DNA of 64,000 bases, from NCBI GenBank assembly GCA_937625935.1, contig OW569365.1:1-64000 (forward strand). The letters run 5' to 3'. Each line of letters starts with the position of its first letter. Position 1 is the first letter of the stretch. Below the pieces are notes generated by a model. That model saw only the letters and a program-made list of their open reading frames with translations, did not search any database and had not been told where the DNA came from. Shown here one piece after another: positions 50,628 to 61,301 of the stretch. The position numbers were made by a program, and so were the translations under genes. The stretch is from Tetramitus jugosus. Taxonomy: Eukaryota; Protista; Heterolobosea.

Positions 50628-53135
50628 ATGAGTCGAATTACTGATCTCTTCCGTGTGATCCAAGGTGTCAACATGGTCACCAGAGCTTCCTACCAACAAT
50701 GGCACAAACACAATCGCTACGCCACAAGCTCTCTCACACTCTATCCTTCTTCACCACTGAGCGAAGCATCCCACGCACTCAAATCGACTACACAATCCCT
50801 CCACAATGTCATCTCTCTTGCCACTACTACTACTACCAACCCTACTACCACCACTACCCAACAACAACAATCAACTATTATTCACAACAACAACAATAAT
50901 GAACAACAGTTTACAATGACATCATCATCATCATCAGCAGAAGAAGAACCATTGATTTTTTATAATACATTTGGTAACACGACCACTTACAATGATGATG
51001 CGAACATTCAACAACAACCATCACATGAACATCCTGAGAGTATAACAGTAGATCACTCACCTACATTTGTATCACTGAGAGACACGAATCAAGTTCACAA
51101 TGAACGAGTCGATCTCATGAACGAAATGCAAAGTTCTGGATTGACCTCTGAAACGACTACATCTTTACCTAACATTGACACTGATGCTGCTGATATGATG
51201 TCATCATCATCAACAAAAACAATGACAAGAATGACAAGAACAACAAAAACGACAACTACGGAAGCAACAGCAGCAACAGCAACAACAGGTTTGTTTCAAA
51301 TGAGTGAAGCGACACCATATGATCCAAGTACGTTCAGTGACCCTATTTTCAATCAATTTGTTCCACCTGAATTCAATGATCAACAACAGCAACAACAACA
51401 AATACGATCATCCACTACCTATTCTACCTTTTCAGCTGCTGTACCACCTACTACTGCTACTACCGTACAACAACAACAACCACTCTCTTCCACTGTTACT
51501 AGTAATACAGCAGCAACAACAGCAACAACAGCAGCAGTGGCAGCAGCAGTAGAAACAACAACAACGACTACAACAGTCATTGAACAAGCATCATCTGCCA
51601 TCAATAACAACAACAACAATAAGAAACAATCACCTTTTGAAGGCAACAATACTAGCAACAATAATAATAATAAACCAACAACAACAACAAGAGTATTGCG
51701 TGAAAGAGCTGTTCCATCATCCAGTTTTGGCCGAGCAGTGCAATTCTCTGGTCTGGGTGCACAATTGATTTATGGAACAGTGAGTGAAGCATTCCGAAGA
51801 AATTTTTTCAATTCTAGCACTAGTAGCAGTAGTGAATCATCATTGACTAGTAGTAGTGGTAATGCCAACTCGAGTGTGTTTGTCAATGAACAGAATGCAC
51901 AAGCATTGGCCGATGCATTGTGCAAGATGAGAGGAGCGGCACTCAAATTGGGTCAAATGTTGTCCATTCAGGATGAATCCATGGTACCTCCAGTGATTCA
52001 AAAAGCGTTGGAACGAGTGAGACACTCTGCTGACATTATGCCACGAAAGCAGTTGGAACAAGTGTTGCGCGAAGAGTTGGGAGAACAGTGGCGCGATCAG
52101 TTTTTGGAGTTTGAGATGCAACCAATGGCTGCTGCATCTATCGGGCAAGTGCATCGAGGAGTGCTCAAAAAGGATGGAAGAGAGGTGGCAGTCAAGATTC
52201 AATACCCAGGTGTAGCCAACAGTATTGACAGTGATATTCGCAATGTGAAGAGAATTGTCGATTATACGAATTTGATACCCAAGGGTGCATTCATCAATGA
52301 CACGATGAATCAAGCCAGAAAAGAGTTGCAAATGGAGTGTGATTACGAGAGAGAAGCAGAGTGCCAACGCAGATTCAAGTCATTGTTGCAAGAGGCTGTG
52401 GAAGAAGAGAGACAGAGAATTCAAAAGGAGGGAAGCGCGTCACAATTCGAGCCACCAATGAGTGCGTTCCATGTTCCCGATGTGATTGATGAGTTGAGCA
52501 CGAAGCGCATCTTGACCACAGAAATGATTCACGGTTTCTCCATTGACAATTTGTCTACAGCAGATGTCGACACAAGAAACTATGTGGCTCGTAGTATTCT
52601 TAAACTGTGCCTCAAGGAGTTGTTCGAATTCCGATTCATGCAAACAGATCCAAACTGGAGCAACTTTTTCTACGATCCAAACACTGGAAAGATTAACTTG
52701 ATTGATTTTGGTGCGTGCTTGGAATTCCCAAAGCATTTCATTGATCAGTACATTCGAGTGGTGCATGCCAGTGCAACAAAGGATCAAGACACTGTGATTG
52801 ATGCCAGTATTAAGATGGGATTCTTGACGGGAGATGAAACTCAGGTCATGTTTGACGCGCATGCCAAGGCAGCCATGTTGGTCGGTGAGCCATTCTCCAG
52901 AGAAGGCATTTTCGATTTCAAGGGTCATGCCATGCCAGAGAAAGTAAGCGCCGTTTTGCCAACCATGCTCAAGCACAGACTCACACCACCGCCACCCGTC
53001 ACATACTCACTGCATCGAAAGCTCAGTGGTGCCTTCCTGCTATGCTACAAACTGAATGCATCCATTGCATGCAGAGATATTTTCATGGACGTCTACAAGA
53101 GATATCACTCAGATCTCAAGCCAGACCACAAGTAA
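50628..53135 (+). CDS. COQ8: Atypical kinase COQ8/ADCK3 (UbiB/ABC1 family)
   Basis: MRGAALKLGQMLSIQD, AAASIGQVH, VAVKIQYPGV, MQTDPNWSNF, IDFGA, YSLHRKLSG. Confidence 0.96.
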   Translation: MSRITDLFRVIQGVNMVTRASYQQWHKHNRYATSSLTLYPSSPLSEASHALKSTTQSLHNVISLATTTTTNPTTTTTQQQQSTIIHNNNNNEQQFTMTSSSSSAEEEPLIFYNTFGNTTTYNDDANIQQQPSHEHPESITVDHSPTFVSLRDTNQVHNERVDLMNEMQSSGLTSETTTSLPNIDTDAADMMSSSSTKTMTRMTRTTKTTTTEATAATATTGLFQMSEATPYDPSTFSDPIFNQFVPPEFNDQQQQQQQIRSSTTYSTFSAAVPPTTATTVQQQQPLSSTVTSNTAATTATTAAVAAAVETTTTTTTVIEQASSAINNNNNNKKQSPFEGNNTSNNNNNKPTTTTRVLRERAVPSSSFGRAVQFSGLGAQLIYGTVSEAFRRNFFNSSTSSSSESSLTSSSGNANSSVFVNEQNAQALADALCKMRGAALKLGQMLSIQDESMVPPVIQKALERVRHSADIMPRKQLEQVLREELGEQWRDQFLEFEMQPMAAASIGQVHRGVLKKDGREVAVKIQYPGVANSIDSDIRNVKRIVDYTNLIPKGAFINDTMNQARKELQMECDYEREAECQRRFKSLLQEAVEEERQRIQKEGSASQFEPPMSAFHVPDVIDELSTKRILTTEMIHGFSIDNLSTADVDTRNYVARSILKLCLKELFEFRFMQTDPNWSNFFYDPNTGKINLIDFGACLEFPKHFIDQYIRVVHASATKDQDTVIDASIKMGFLTGDETQVMFDAHAKAAMLVGEPFSREGIFDFKGHAMPEKVSAVLPTMLKHRLTPPPPVTYSLHRKLSGAFLLCYKLNASIACRDIFMDVYKRYHSDLKPDHK

Positions 53136-53210
53136 ATTAAGATTTTGATTCACATGAATTCGTTTTATCAAATCGTAATGTAATCATATTCATGTCTTTT
53201 ACACTCGTCA

Positions 53211-54566
53211 TCACAGATCGATCGAGTCATTTCGTGTAAATTTCTTTGTCGCCCGCTCAGCAGCTCTGTACATGAAATGATCACCAAATATCGTCATTGT
53301 GCGCTGATCATCCAACCGAACAGAAAACACACTCTTTTGCTTCGGTATCGTCACACTCGTCCCGTTCTTGTTCTTCAAATGATCTCTAGTCCAGATTTGA
53401 AACGTGTTGCATGTTTCACACATGACAATTCCTTGTTTTCCAACTAGACTTGGAACAGATGATCTCACAACTTCCATTTGAGCTCCATGAAGATCAATTT
53501 TCAAGTGTTGATCAGGAGAGATCGTTCCAAGACTTGAAATGTACTGTAGCCATAGCTTATGCAACTGATCAAAGCTCTCACTTGCAATTTGCTTTTGTTT
53601 GAGATGGAGTTGCGTGCGGTTCACTGCAGCATCCTTATTGTCATTGTTGTCTCTTTTGTTGCTTGTTGGTTGTTGATTCATTTTTCTTCTTGGAGAAGTG
53701 TAGGAGAATTGTTTTTCTCTCCGCTGTTCACGCAATTTCTGGAAGTGATGTTTCTTTTCGATCTTTTTGAGTGAGAGGTGAGAGTTGGCAGCACGTCTCT
53801 CGTCTTGAACAGCTCTCTCAAAGTACGCGAGGGACAACTGAGGTGCGGCAATGCTCATCTTGCTGCTCTTTTTTGCACCTGGAGTGCTACTACTGATGAG
53901 AACATCAGTCACGTTACAAAACGAAGGCCTTAGGAGTCTGCTCCTCGCAATGGATCTCTCCAATCGCTGCACACTCTTTTGCTTCTCCAATTGAAGCTTC
54001 TTCCTATTGTCCGATTGGTTCATAGACTTTTGAGAAGAGGATCCTGCCGACGCCGCCGTAGTGGCAGAATGCGCGGCTGTGTGTGTCGGATCAAAAATCA
54101 TTTGATCGACCAAAGCTTTTGCGTTTGCACAGTGTTTTTTCACTGATTCAATCTCATCTCCACCACTATCCTCCTGCTGCTTCTTATTATTCTTGTCACC
54201 ATGATGAAAATGGTTGAATTGTTGTTGAGACAGTATCTCATTCAACACAAGTGGTGCCAGATTTCGATGATAGAGTGATTGAATAAAGTGAACAGAGACA
54301 AGTGCTGACGACGTTCCCGCATTTGTCGTATTTTGTTGGAATTGCTCTTGTTGACTCGTCAATGGCTCGACTAAGAGCGGCGGAGAAATAGAGGCGGAGG
54401 AAGAAGAAGAGAGGGAGGAACGTAGGAGGGGTGATTTGAATCGAAGAATTTGGTGTCTTTCTTCCTTCTTGTTTATCGTTGTTTGCTCTGCAGTTGTTTG
54501 TTGCATGTTTTTTTTTGTTGTGAGCCTTTTTCTTTGGTGAGATTTCTGTTTTGAAGGATTTGACAT
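53211..54566 (-). CDS. POP4: RNase P/MRP subunit POP4/Rpp29 with long N-terminal extension
   Basis: LHKLWLQYI, KIDLHGA..VVRS..PSLVGKQGIV..ET.NTF, IPKQKSVF, GDHFMYRAAERATKKF. Confidence 0.88.
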   Translation of the reverse strand: MSNPSKQKSHQRKRLTTKKNMQQTTAEQTTINKKEERHQILRFKSPLLRSSLSSSSSASISPPLLVEPLTSQQEQFQQNTTNAGTSSALVSVHFIQSLYHRNLAPLVLNEILSQQQFNHFHHGDKNNKKQQEDSGGDEIESVKKHCANAKALVDQMIFDPTHTAAHSATTAASAGSSSQKSMNQSDNRKKLQLEKQKSVQRLERSIARSRLLRPSFCNVTDVLISSSTPGAKKSSKMSIAAPQLSLAYFERAVQDERRAANSHLSLKKIEKKHHFQKLREQRREKQFSYTSPRRKMNQQPTSNKRDNNDNKDAAVNRTQLHLKQKQIASESFDQLHKLWLQYISSLGTISPDQHLKIDLHGAQMEVVRSSVPSLVGKQGIVMCETCNTFQIWTRDHLKNKNGTSVTIPKQKSVFSVRLDDQRTMTIFGDHFMYRAAERATKKFTRNDSIDL

Positions 54567-54690
54567 GCTGTTCTTATGATGGCGAGAGGAAACCGTTCTT
54601 TTTCTTCGAAAGCCCAAGTATAGGTTTACTATTGGAAGGATTGTACAGTGGTCGATAACAAGAACCTCATCAAGTGCAGTTCAGCAAAAA

Positions 54691-56104
54691 ATGGCATCCC
54701 AACACGATAACAAAACGATCAGACAGTTGAATGTTTATGGTATTGGAGTCTCTCTATGTCACCAAACAGGGTTCAATCACTCGTACTATGAACGAATGGG
54801 CACCAAAAGTGAATATCTGACTGCCAGTGATACTGTAAAGTCATTTGCTCAGGTGGTGCAATACGGTTCGATTGGAGAGGAATTTATGTCTGAACAAGAA
54901 CTGATGCAACATGGTGAATTCGTTGTCAATATTGCATGTGGGGAACGTCATTCACTGTTTGTGACAAATCTTAGGCGCGTGTTTTGTTGTGGTGATAACT
55001 CAAAGGGGAGTTGTGCAAAGGCTCAGACGATATCTCTTGTAAATCAAGTGACATTGATACCAGAGCTGTCGTGTTGCAATATTGTTGAAGCAAAGTGTGG
55101 CGCTCTCCATTCATTGTTCATTAGTGAAGGGTATGAGTGTGTGTATGTGTCAGGATACAACACTGATGGTGAGTGTGGATTGTTACCATCCACTGTGAGC
55201 GTATCGAAGGATATCTATGGTTTGGAAAAGATGGAGAGCATTGAAGGCAAAAGATTGAAATGTGTTGCACCTGGTGCATATCACACAGTGTTTGTCACGG
55301 CTGATAATTGCGTTTATACTTCAGGATATTGCGCTTTTGGGTCTCTGGGTCAGGGATATTTCAACCAACATTGTTCACTTCCAGTCAAAGTGGATAATTC
55401 TGATCTCAATGGATTGAGGGCAATCAAGACTACAGCTTGTGGTCAGTGGCATACTATAGTGATCACGGAGGATGGATCCGCTTACTCTTGGGGCGGTTTA
55501 AACTCTTCTTCACCCGGTATTGTGAGTCCTGTCTTGGTGACTGGTCTGCCTTCTTTTGAGAAAGTGGTTGATGCAAGATGTGGCAATTGGTTCACAATAT
55601 TTCGTACAGAATCAAACAACTTTTATGGTTGTGGAGACAATTCTCATGGTGCTCTGGGACTTCCTACGATCGATCGACTATTAATCACCACTGAGATTCC
55701 TCTTTCAATTGGAAGTGTGCTCGACTACAGCTGTGGAGCAAACTTTACGGTGTTTACAACAAAAGATGGAGGTGCCTACACATGCGGTTATAGAAAGTTT
55801 GTATTTTCGACAATGTGATTTGCTCTCTTTAATCCACTAACTTATCTTCTTTCTATCTCTTCTTCAATGTACTAGTCCAAGCGGAATCTTTCAATTTACA
55901 GGTGACAGCTTGTTTACCGAAATGCATTTGCCTAGAGTTTCACGAGGTGATAAGTATCAAGAACTACGTGTGTCATACGGTCAAACATGTTCTCACATCA
56001 TGTTGTACACCGTGCCAAAGATTCATTTCATCTTGTCCAACAAATTATTTGCTGTTCAACAGAAGGGGGTTCTGTGTGATATCACTGTCGTATTCGAGGA
56101 ATAA
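54691..56104 (+). CDS. RCC1 repeat protein (intron 55797-55875)
   Basis: IACGERHS, CGDNSKG, KCGALHS, TACGQWHT and CGDNSHGALG. A GT-AG intron with ACTAAC joins the 55910 ORF in frame. Confidence 0.88.
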
Positions 56105-56181
56105 ACCATCATTCCAAAAAATATTGCTTCAATTGTGTAAAGTATGGTTACTTCTTTCTTCCACTCAGCTGCACCATGGTA

Positions 56182-59100
56182 TTATTGGGCATCATCCACG
56201 TAATAACTATTGAAATTGAGGCGGTTGTGAAGTTCGTGCAAGTGCTCATGTGCACCAGTACCATCACTTACTGCACTGCCTCCTCCTCTGGCAACAATGA
56301 TGTTCCTGACGATTGTTATGAGCATGATGACAGCCTTATCAAACTCAGTGTTAATGTTGTCTAATGCAAGCAACATGTTCTGTTCACGTGTTTCCTGATC
56401 CGGTTCGGGATCTGACTCTGGTTGTCTGTTTTGATAACTAAAACGACTTGTGTCTGATGATTCACTCATAAAGGTCCTACCTGGATAACTACCAACTTGT
56501 TTCGAAGCATTAAATGAGTTTGTCGATGAATTGAGCGAGGAATATTGTTCATCATCCCTAGTAAACATATTGAATTGAGTTCTCAGTTGACAACTAAGAT
56601 CTAATATTCGATGTATTTGTTGCATAACAAAAGCGGCCTTCTTCAACAAGCATCGATCTTGTATCCGAGAAATATACAATGAGTGATGCTGCTTAATGTG
56701 ATCGAATGTTCTAGCTTCTGATGGCAGAGTTAGATTGTCAATCAACTCGTGCCAAACATTGTGCAACACTCGTGTCATCACATAATGTTGAACATTGTTT
56801 ACAAAGTGCTTTAGCTTCGCACTAAGCAACTGAGTCCTGTGTATAATAACTGCACTCATACTGCTAGAACGCATCTCTGCTGCACATTTTGGCCTAGGTA
56901 TGCTGACGCGTTCCAGTAGATATTTTGCTCTCTTAATTTGTAGATTGAACACAAAGACCTCATTGTAACACTTCAGACTTGAAGTATTGATAATCATATT
57001 GAGTGGTTCAGACACATTATAGTGCAACCGAAGACTTGAGAAGAACTTATGCTCAGTGTAGTTGTCTCTATCTAATTTGCTCGTGATATGAATAGATAAT
57101 AGATCAATGAGGTTCAAATCCTTGAATATATCAAAACTACTGTCGAATGTGTTATTGCTGTTCGACATCCTGTACCGCCTCGGATAAGTTGTTCCAATTT
57201 TAATGCTTTCATGCAACGCATTATTCAAAGCGGATATATCCTTGGAGTCCCACATATTTCCATATTGATTGTCCCGGTTGATATTCATCATTTCAAATAA
57301 TCTTGTTGTGAAATGATCCATTACATCACCTGCCTCCATCAAAAATATGGCTCGTAATGCTGTTAGATGATGCACCAACTTGCAATCCTCAATCAATTTA
57401 GTTGCTAACAAAGGACAGATAACACGATTCCTGAGCTTGATCTCATTTGTTAGACTGTCTGAGATGATTGAGGATATTGGCCAATTGTAATGATCAGCCT
57501 CTCCCATGTCAGAGCACCGAAGTTGATACCACTTGCTTTGTTCGTTCAAATCTGGCGAGATTCCTAGCACATCATACAATGATGGCTTATCTAACAGCTT
57601 GGCCAGCAGAGCACCATTATTTCTGGGTTGTTCGATTATCCGCACATATGAGTTCATCTCAACAGGGGGTACGATAGATGCATCATTCGTGATATCTATC
57701 TCTAACGCCGATTCTTCGTCAATAGTAATATCCATCCTCATATCATCAGTATCATCAACTTTTTCTGCTTGAGTACTTAGCAATTGAGATATTTGTTGTT
57801 CAGCTCTCTTTGTTCGTTGCATCACTTGTTGACATGACTGGCGAAACAGGTCAGCCAATCTTATTCTACCCTTGTCAGACTGAATGATATCAGTGAGCTC
57901 ATTGAAATTCCCCACAGTTGACAACTGTGACTTTAAAATGTGCGTTATCATTCTCAGAGACTTCCCAATCACTAACACCTCCTGCTCCATGGATCTAAGG
58001 AAAGAAGGAACAGAATCTTGTCTCACCTGATATCCACTCTCCCAAAAATTTTCATCGGCATAGTTCGATACACTTTCCTCCCTCGCTTCAATCATAAACT
58101 CATTCGCTGGATCCAAATAATAAATCGAAAATGAATCTGCATAATCACAGGCACTGAACATCCATGCGTCCAAAATATCCAAATAAGGAACGATTGTTTG
58201 TGAAAACAATTGCAGTAACAAAGAATATTGTCCCTCAAACTGCTCAGGTATAAGCTCTAGATCCAATAACCGCGAATATAACATTGACAACAAGTACTGT
58301 GACTCTCGACTCTTCCTTGAAGGATTATGCACAACTGATTCTGTAAATTGGAGATATCCACGAACCAGATCAAATAACAACCGAGTTTTGTTCTGATAAG
58401 GTTCAACAATATGCAGCAGCTGAATTAATGTACACGGATTCCAACACTGTTCGTCATCCAACTTTCTCAAATCAGTAAATAAGACATCCAAAATGCACTG
58501 CACCGAGTACACAAACGCTTGAGTCGTTTGTGATGAGTGTTCCTTGGACGAGAACCGCTTGACAAACTCGACAATTTTCGCTGCATGACCATTCTCCATT
58601 AACCGATGCAAAATATGATTTAGTGAATCGATCGAAAAGGCAGAGATGGCTACTGGACGTCTTAATTCAAACTCCAAGCGCTGAGCATTAAAATGGAACA
58701 CTGCACCACCAACTCCCATCAGCATACGAATCACTTCTCTCACAAGATCACTCTCTAACAAGACACTTGTCTCATTTTTCAACCTCCGACTCACTATGTC
58801 CTGCATCATAGAATTCGTTGTTAACAACCCAGTTCCAGAAAGCAATGTCGTCGTACAATAGCCCAAGAAATTTTCATGATCAAACGTTTGGAACGTCAAT
58901 TGACAATCATCAGCTACATTCGAACTCCATCTCTCTACATAATGACCCAATGACTCAAATTCGATATTCTCAGATGATTGAACAACACGAGTCGAGTCTG
59001 CTGTTGTCTCGTTGAATGCATATCCAGTATCTATCAGGTATTCAGTGGAACTTTTCACTTCATTTGTCAGTGAGTCATCATGATTCATCATATCACAGTC

Positions 59101-59247
59101 ATCATTCTCTTCATGTGAGGGCATGCCATCATTCTCATCCTCGTCATCAATCCAATCAGCCAAGTCATCTTCATTTTCATACTCTTGATAGTACTCGTCC
59201 AAGTAATTGTCTGAAGACTCATCAAATGACTCAGAGTCACCATGCAT
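56182..59247 (-). CDS. TUBGCP5: Gamma-tubulin complex component (Spc97/98 family), GCP5-like
   Basis: LESDLVREVIRMLMG, PYLDILDAWM, EFMI, HLTALRAIFLMEAGDVM, Y..PLNMII, RLNFNSYY. The acidic W-containing N-terminus favours GCP5; the paralogue assignment is less certain than the family. Confidence 0.8.
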   Translation of the reverse strand: MHGDSESFDESSDNYLDEYYQEYENEDDLADWIDDEDENDGMPSHEENDDCDMMNHDDSLTNEVKSSTEYLIDTGYAFNETTADSTRVVQSSENIEFESLGHYVERWSSNVADDCQLTFQTFDHENFLGYCTTTLLSGTGLLTTNSMMQDIVSRRLKNETSVLLESDLVREVIRMLMGVGGAVFHFNAQRLEFELRRPVAISAFSIDSLNHILHRLMENGHAAKIVEFVKRFSSKEHSSQTTQAFVYSVQCILDVLFTDLRKLDDEQCWNPCTLIQLLHIVEPYQNKTRLLFDLVRGYLQFTESVVHNPSRKSRESQYLLSMLYSRLLDLELIPEQFEGQYSLLLQLFSQTIVPYLDILDAWMFSACDYADSFSIYYLDPANEFMIEAREESVSNYADENFWESGYQVRQDSVPSFLRSMEQEVLVIGKSLRMITHILKSQLSTVGNFNELTDIIQSDKGRIRLADLFRQSCQQVMQRTKRAEQQISQLLSTQAEKVDDTDDMRMDITIDEESALEIDITNDASIVPPVEMNSYVRIIEQPRNNGALLAKLLDKPSLYDVLGISPDLNEQSKWYQLRCSDMGEADHYNWPISSIISDSLTNEIKLRNRVICPLLATKLIEDCKLVHHLTALRAIFLMEAGDVMDHFTTRLFEMMNINRDNQYGNMWDSKDISALNNALHESIKIGTTYPRRYRMSNSNNTFDSSFDIFKDLNLIDLLSIHITSKLDRDNYTEHKFFSSLRLHYNVSEPLNMIINTSSLKCYNEVFVFNLQIKRAKYLLERVSIPRPKCAAEMRSSSMSAVIIHRTQLLSAKLKHFVNNVQHYVMTRVLHNVWHELIDNLTLPSEARTFDHIKQHHSLYISRIQDRCLLKKAAFVMQQIHRILDLSCQLRTQFNMFTRDDEQYSSLNSSTNSFNASKQVGSYPGRTFMSESSDTSRFSYQNRQPESDPEPDQETREQNMLLALDNINTEFDKAVIMLITIVRNIIVARGGGSAVSDGTGAHEHLHELHNRLNFNSYYVDDAQ

Positions 59248-59316
59248 TCTAAAAAGCTTATTATGTTTGGGAGCAGATTGGATTGAAAAATTGGCGCCAA
59301 GATTTTTATTCCGATT

Positions 59317-61116
59317 TTACCGCCAATCGGGCTTTTGTTTGGCTTGAATGGAAGAGTGGTTGAGACGAGTGAGAGCCATGGATTCTGCGATGCGCTTCAC
59401 ATACTCTGGTGCGTCATGCGTTTCTGGCTTGAATGTACATTGTTGCAGCTCAAGTTGTTCTCTGAGCTTGAGTTCTGACAGTGCTCGTCTCTCGGTTGCC
59501 ATTTGTTGAGCTTTTACTCTTTCCATGTAGGCATCTGGATCGTCTAGAACACGAAGGGCACCTCGAATTCTACCATTACGATTGGTTTGTGGATTGTATG
59601 TGTATTGAGCTGCTTCCTTCTTGGCAATGGAGTCCTTGAGCTCTGACACTTTCTTCTTGTACGCCTCATAGTCCCCATGGCTCATCTGTTCATAGGATCG
59701 CTTCGGCATGATTTTCGAGCTGACATTAATCGAAGGTTTGAATGTGCATTCCTTTTCCTGACTGGCCAATTGTTGTTTCTGATGGAATTGTTTCCGTACA
59801 ATATGGTGATCCTGGCGCGTGTGGAAATCGATAGACTGTTGATTGCTCGTTCGTAGCAAGCCCTCGCTCCTTGGGTTCACGAACGACTTTGGTTGAGCTC
59901 CCATGCTAGTTTTTAGTAGCTCAACTTTCTCTTGCTTCCGTTTGAGTGTATTATTTTGACGTTCTAAAAAGGATTGGAAATCCAACCGAGCACTTGCAGA
60001 CTTGGGCCGACGGGACGAGGATGAAGAGTATGAACTGGAAGAGAGAACACTATAATTCATATTCTCTTTGTCTGTAGGACTTCTAGGTCTACTTAATCTA
60101 TCAAATGCATTCGATTGAAGATAGAATTGAGATCCAGAAGAGTGATATTGATGGTTCGGTTTGATCTGAGGTGCAAACGTACATTCGGACTCATCAGATC
60201 TTACTCCAATCTTATCCTCCGCAATCTTCTTCTTTCCATAGTTTCTGCTCATGTATCGAGACTGAACTGGTGTGACACTTCTTGCTGTTAACTTTGGCTT
60301 GAATGTGCAGTCCTTCATCTCTTCAGAGACCATCTTTGATCGATGCAACTCCTTTCTCGACTGTTGAACCATAGAATTGACATACAACTTCTCATGAATA
60401 TCACTCCTTATTGAAACATCTGTAACATTGGGATTCACATTCGGTTGAAATGTATGTTGCTTCTTCACTTGTTCATCCTTCTCCTTCTCCAGCTTCTCTC
60501 TTTCCATCTGCATCTTCCTCTTCCATTCCATGGCTCGATCGAAAAAGTTTGTACTTGTTTGAATCATTTGAGTTGAGTTAGGGTTAATACTTGGTTTAAA
60601 TGTGCATTCAGACAATTCCTTATCTTCCAACTCCATCGTGTAGTCTAATTTCTGATTTTGACTTCGCTTCTCTGTACGAAAATTGAAACCCACCGGGACA
60701 GTCAGTTTTTGTTTCTTAAGAAAGCTGGTACTATCGATTGATGAGAATGAGTGATCTCTAATGGTTTTATCATTCGTTGTAGAACGATCGAGCATGATAT
60801 ACTGAGCTAGCCTCTCAATATCAGTCATTTCTGAGTTCATAGTCGTGTCAGCCATCATCATATTCGATATGGAACTGTTCGCACTCTTCACTTCCAAGAC
60901 AGAGCTATTATTTGTTCTGTTGTTAGTTTTGGTTTGGCTATATCTATTGAGAATGTCCTCGATCAGGTCATCGACTCGCTCTGGTTTAATGTCGTCTTGT
61001 AGGGAAAGATAGTCGACATCCAAGGGAGTTGTGTTATAAATCGAGTAGTTCTCTCCTTCAGAAGAAGATGGATACTGAGCAATGGGATAATGATATCTGT
61101 CCTCTTGTTGGATCAT
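59317..61116 (-). CDS. Protein with repeated (E/D)CTFxP motifs, probable microtubule-associated
   Basis: ECTFKP, QHTFQP, DCTFKP, ECTFAP, ECTFKP, YTYNP and QCTFKP, plus TPX2-like LTVPVGFNFRTEKR. Confidence 0.7.
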   Translation of the reverse strand: MIQQEDRYHYPIAQYPSSSEGENYSIYNTTPLDVDYLSLQDDIKPERVDDLIEDILNRYSQTKTNNRTNNSSVLEVKSANSSISNMMMADTTMNSEMTDIERLAQYIMLDRSTTNDKTIRDHSFSSIDSTSFLKKQKLTVPVGFNFRTEKRSQNQKLDYTMELEDKELSECTFKPSINPNSTQMIQTSTNFFDRAMEWKRKMQMEREKLEKEKDEQVKKQHTFQPNVNPNVTDVSIRSDIHEKLYVNSMVQQSRKELHRSKMVSEEMKDCTFKPKLTARSVTPVQSRYMSRNYGKKKIAEDKIGVRSDESECTFAPQIKPNHQYHSSGSQFYLQSNAFDRLSRPRSPTDKENMNYSVLSSSSYSSSSSRRPKSASARLDFQSFLERQNNTLKRKQEKVELLKTSMGAQPKSFVNPRSEGLLRTSNQQSIDFHTRQDHHIVRKQFHQKQQLASQEKECTFKPSINVSSKIMPKRSYEQMSHGDYEAYKKKVSELKDSIAKKEAAQYTYNPQTNRNGRIRGALRVLDDPDAYMERVKAQQMATERRALSELKLREQLELQQCTFKPETHDAPEYVKRIAESMALTRLNHSSIQAKQKPDWR

Positions 61117-61301
61117 GGTGACACTCCGTTGTTTGCAATTAGTAACTGAAATCTTTCTGTAATTATTCCCTCTCAATAATTTCGAGTCAGTAACGGTAAC
61201 TTACAGAAAGCGCCGCTTCTCGAGCAGGCAATGAGAAGTCGATGCGGCCAACGACTCTGTGAATGCATGTCACTCTTCCTCAGAACTCAGTCAACGTATC
61301 T

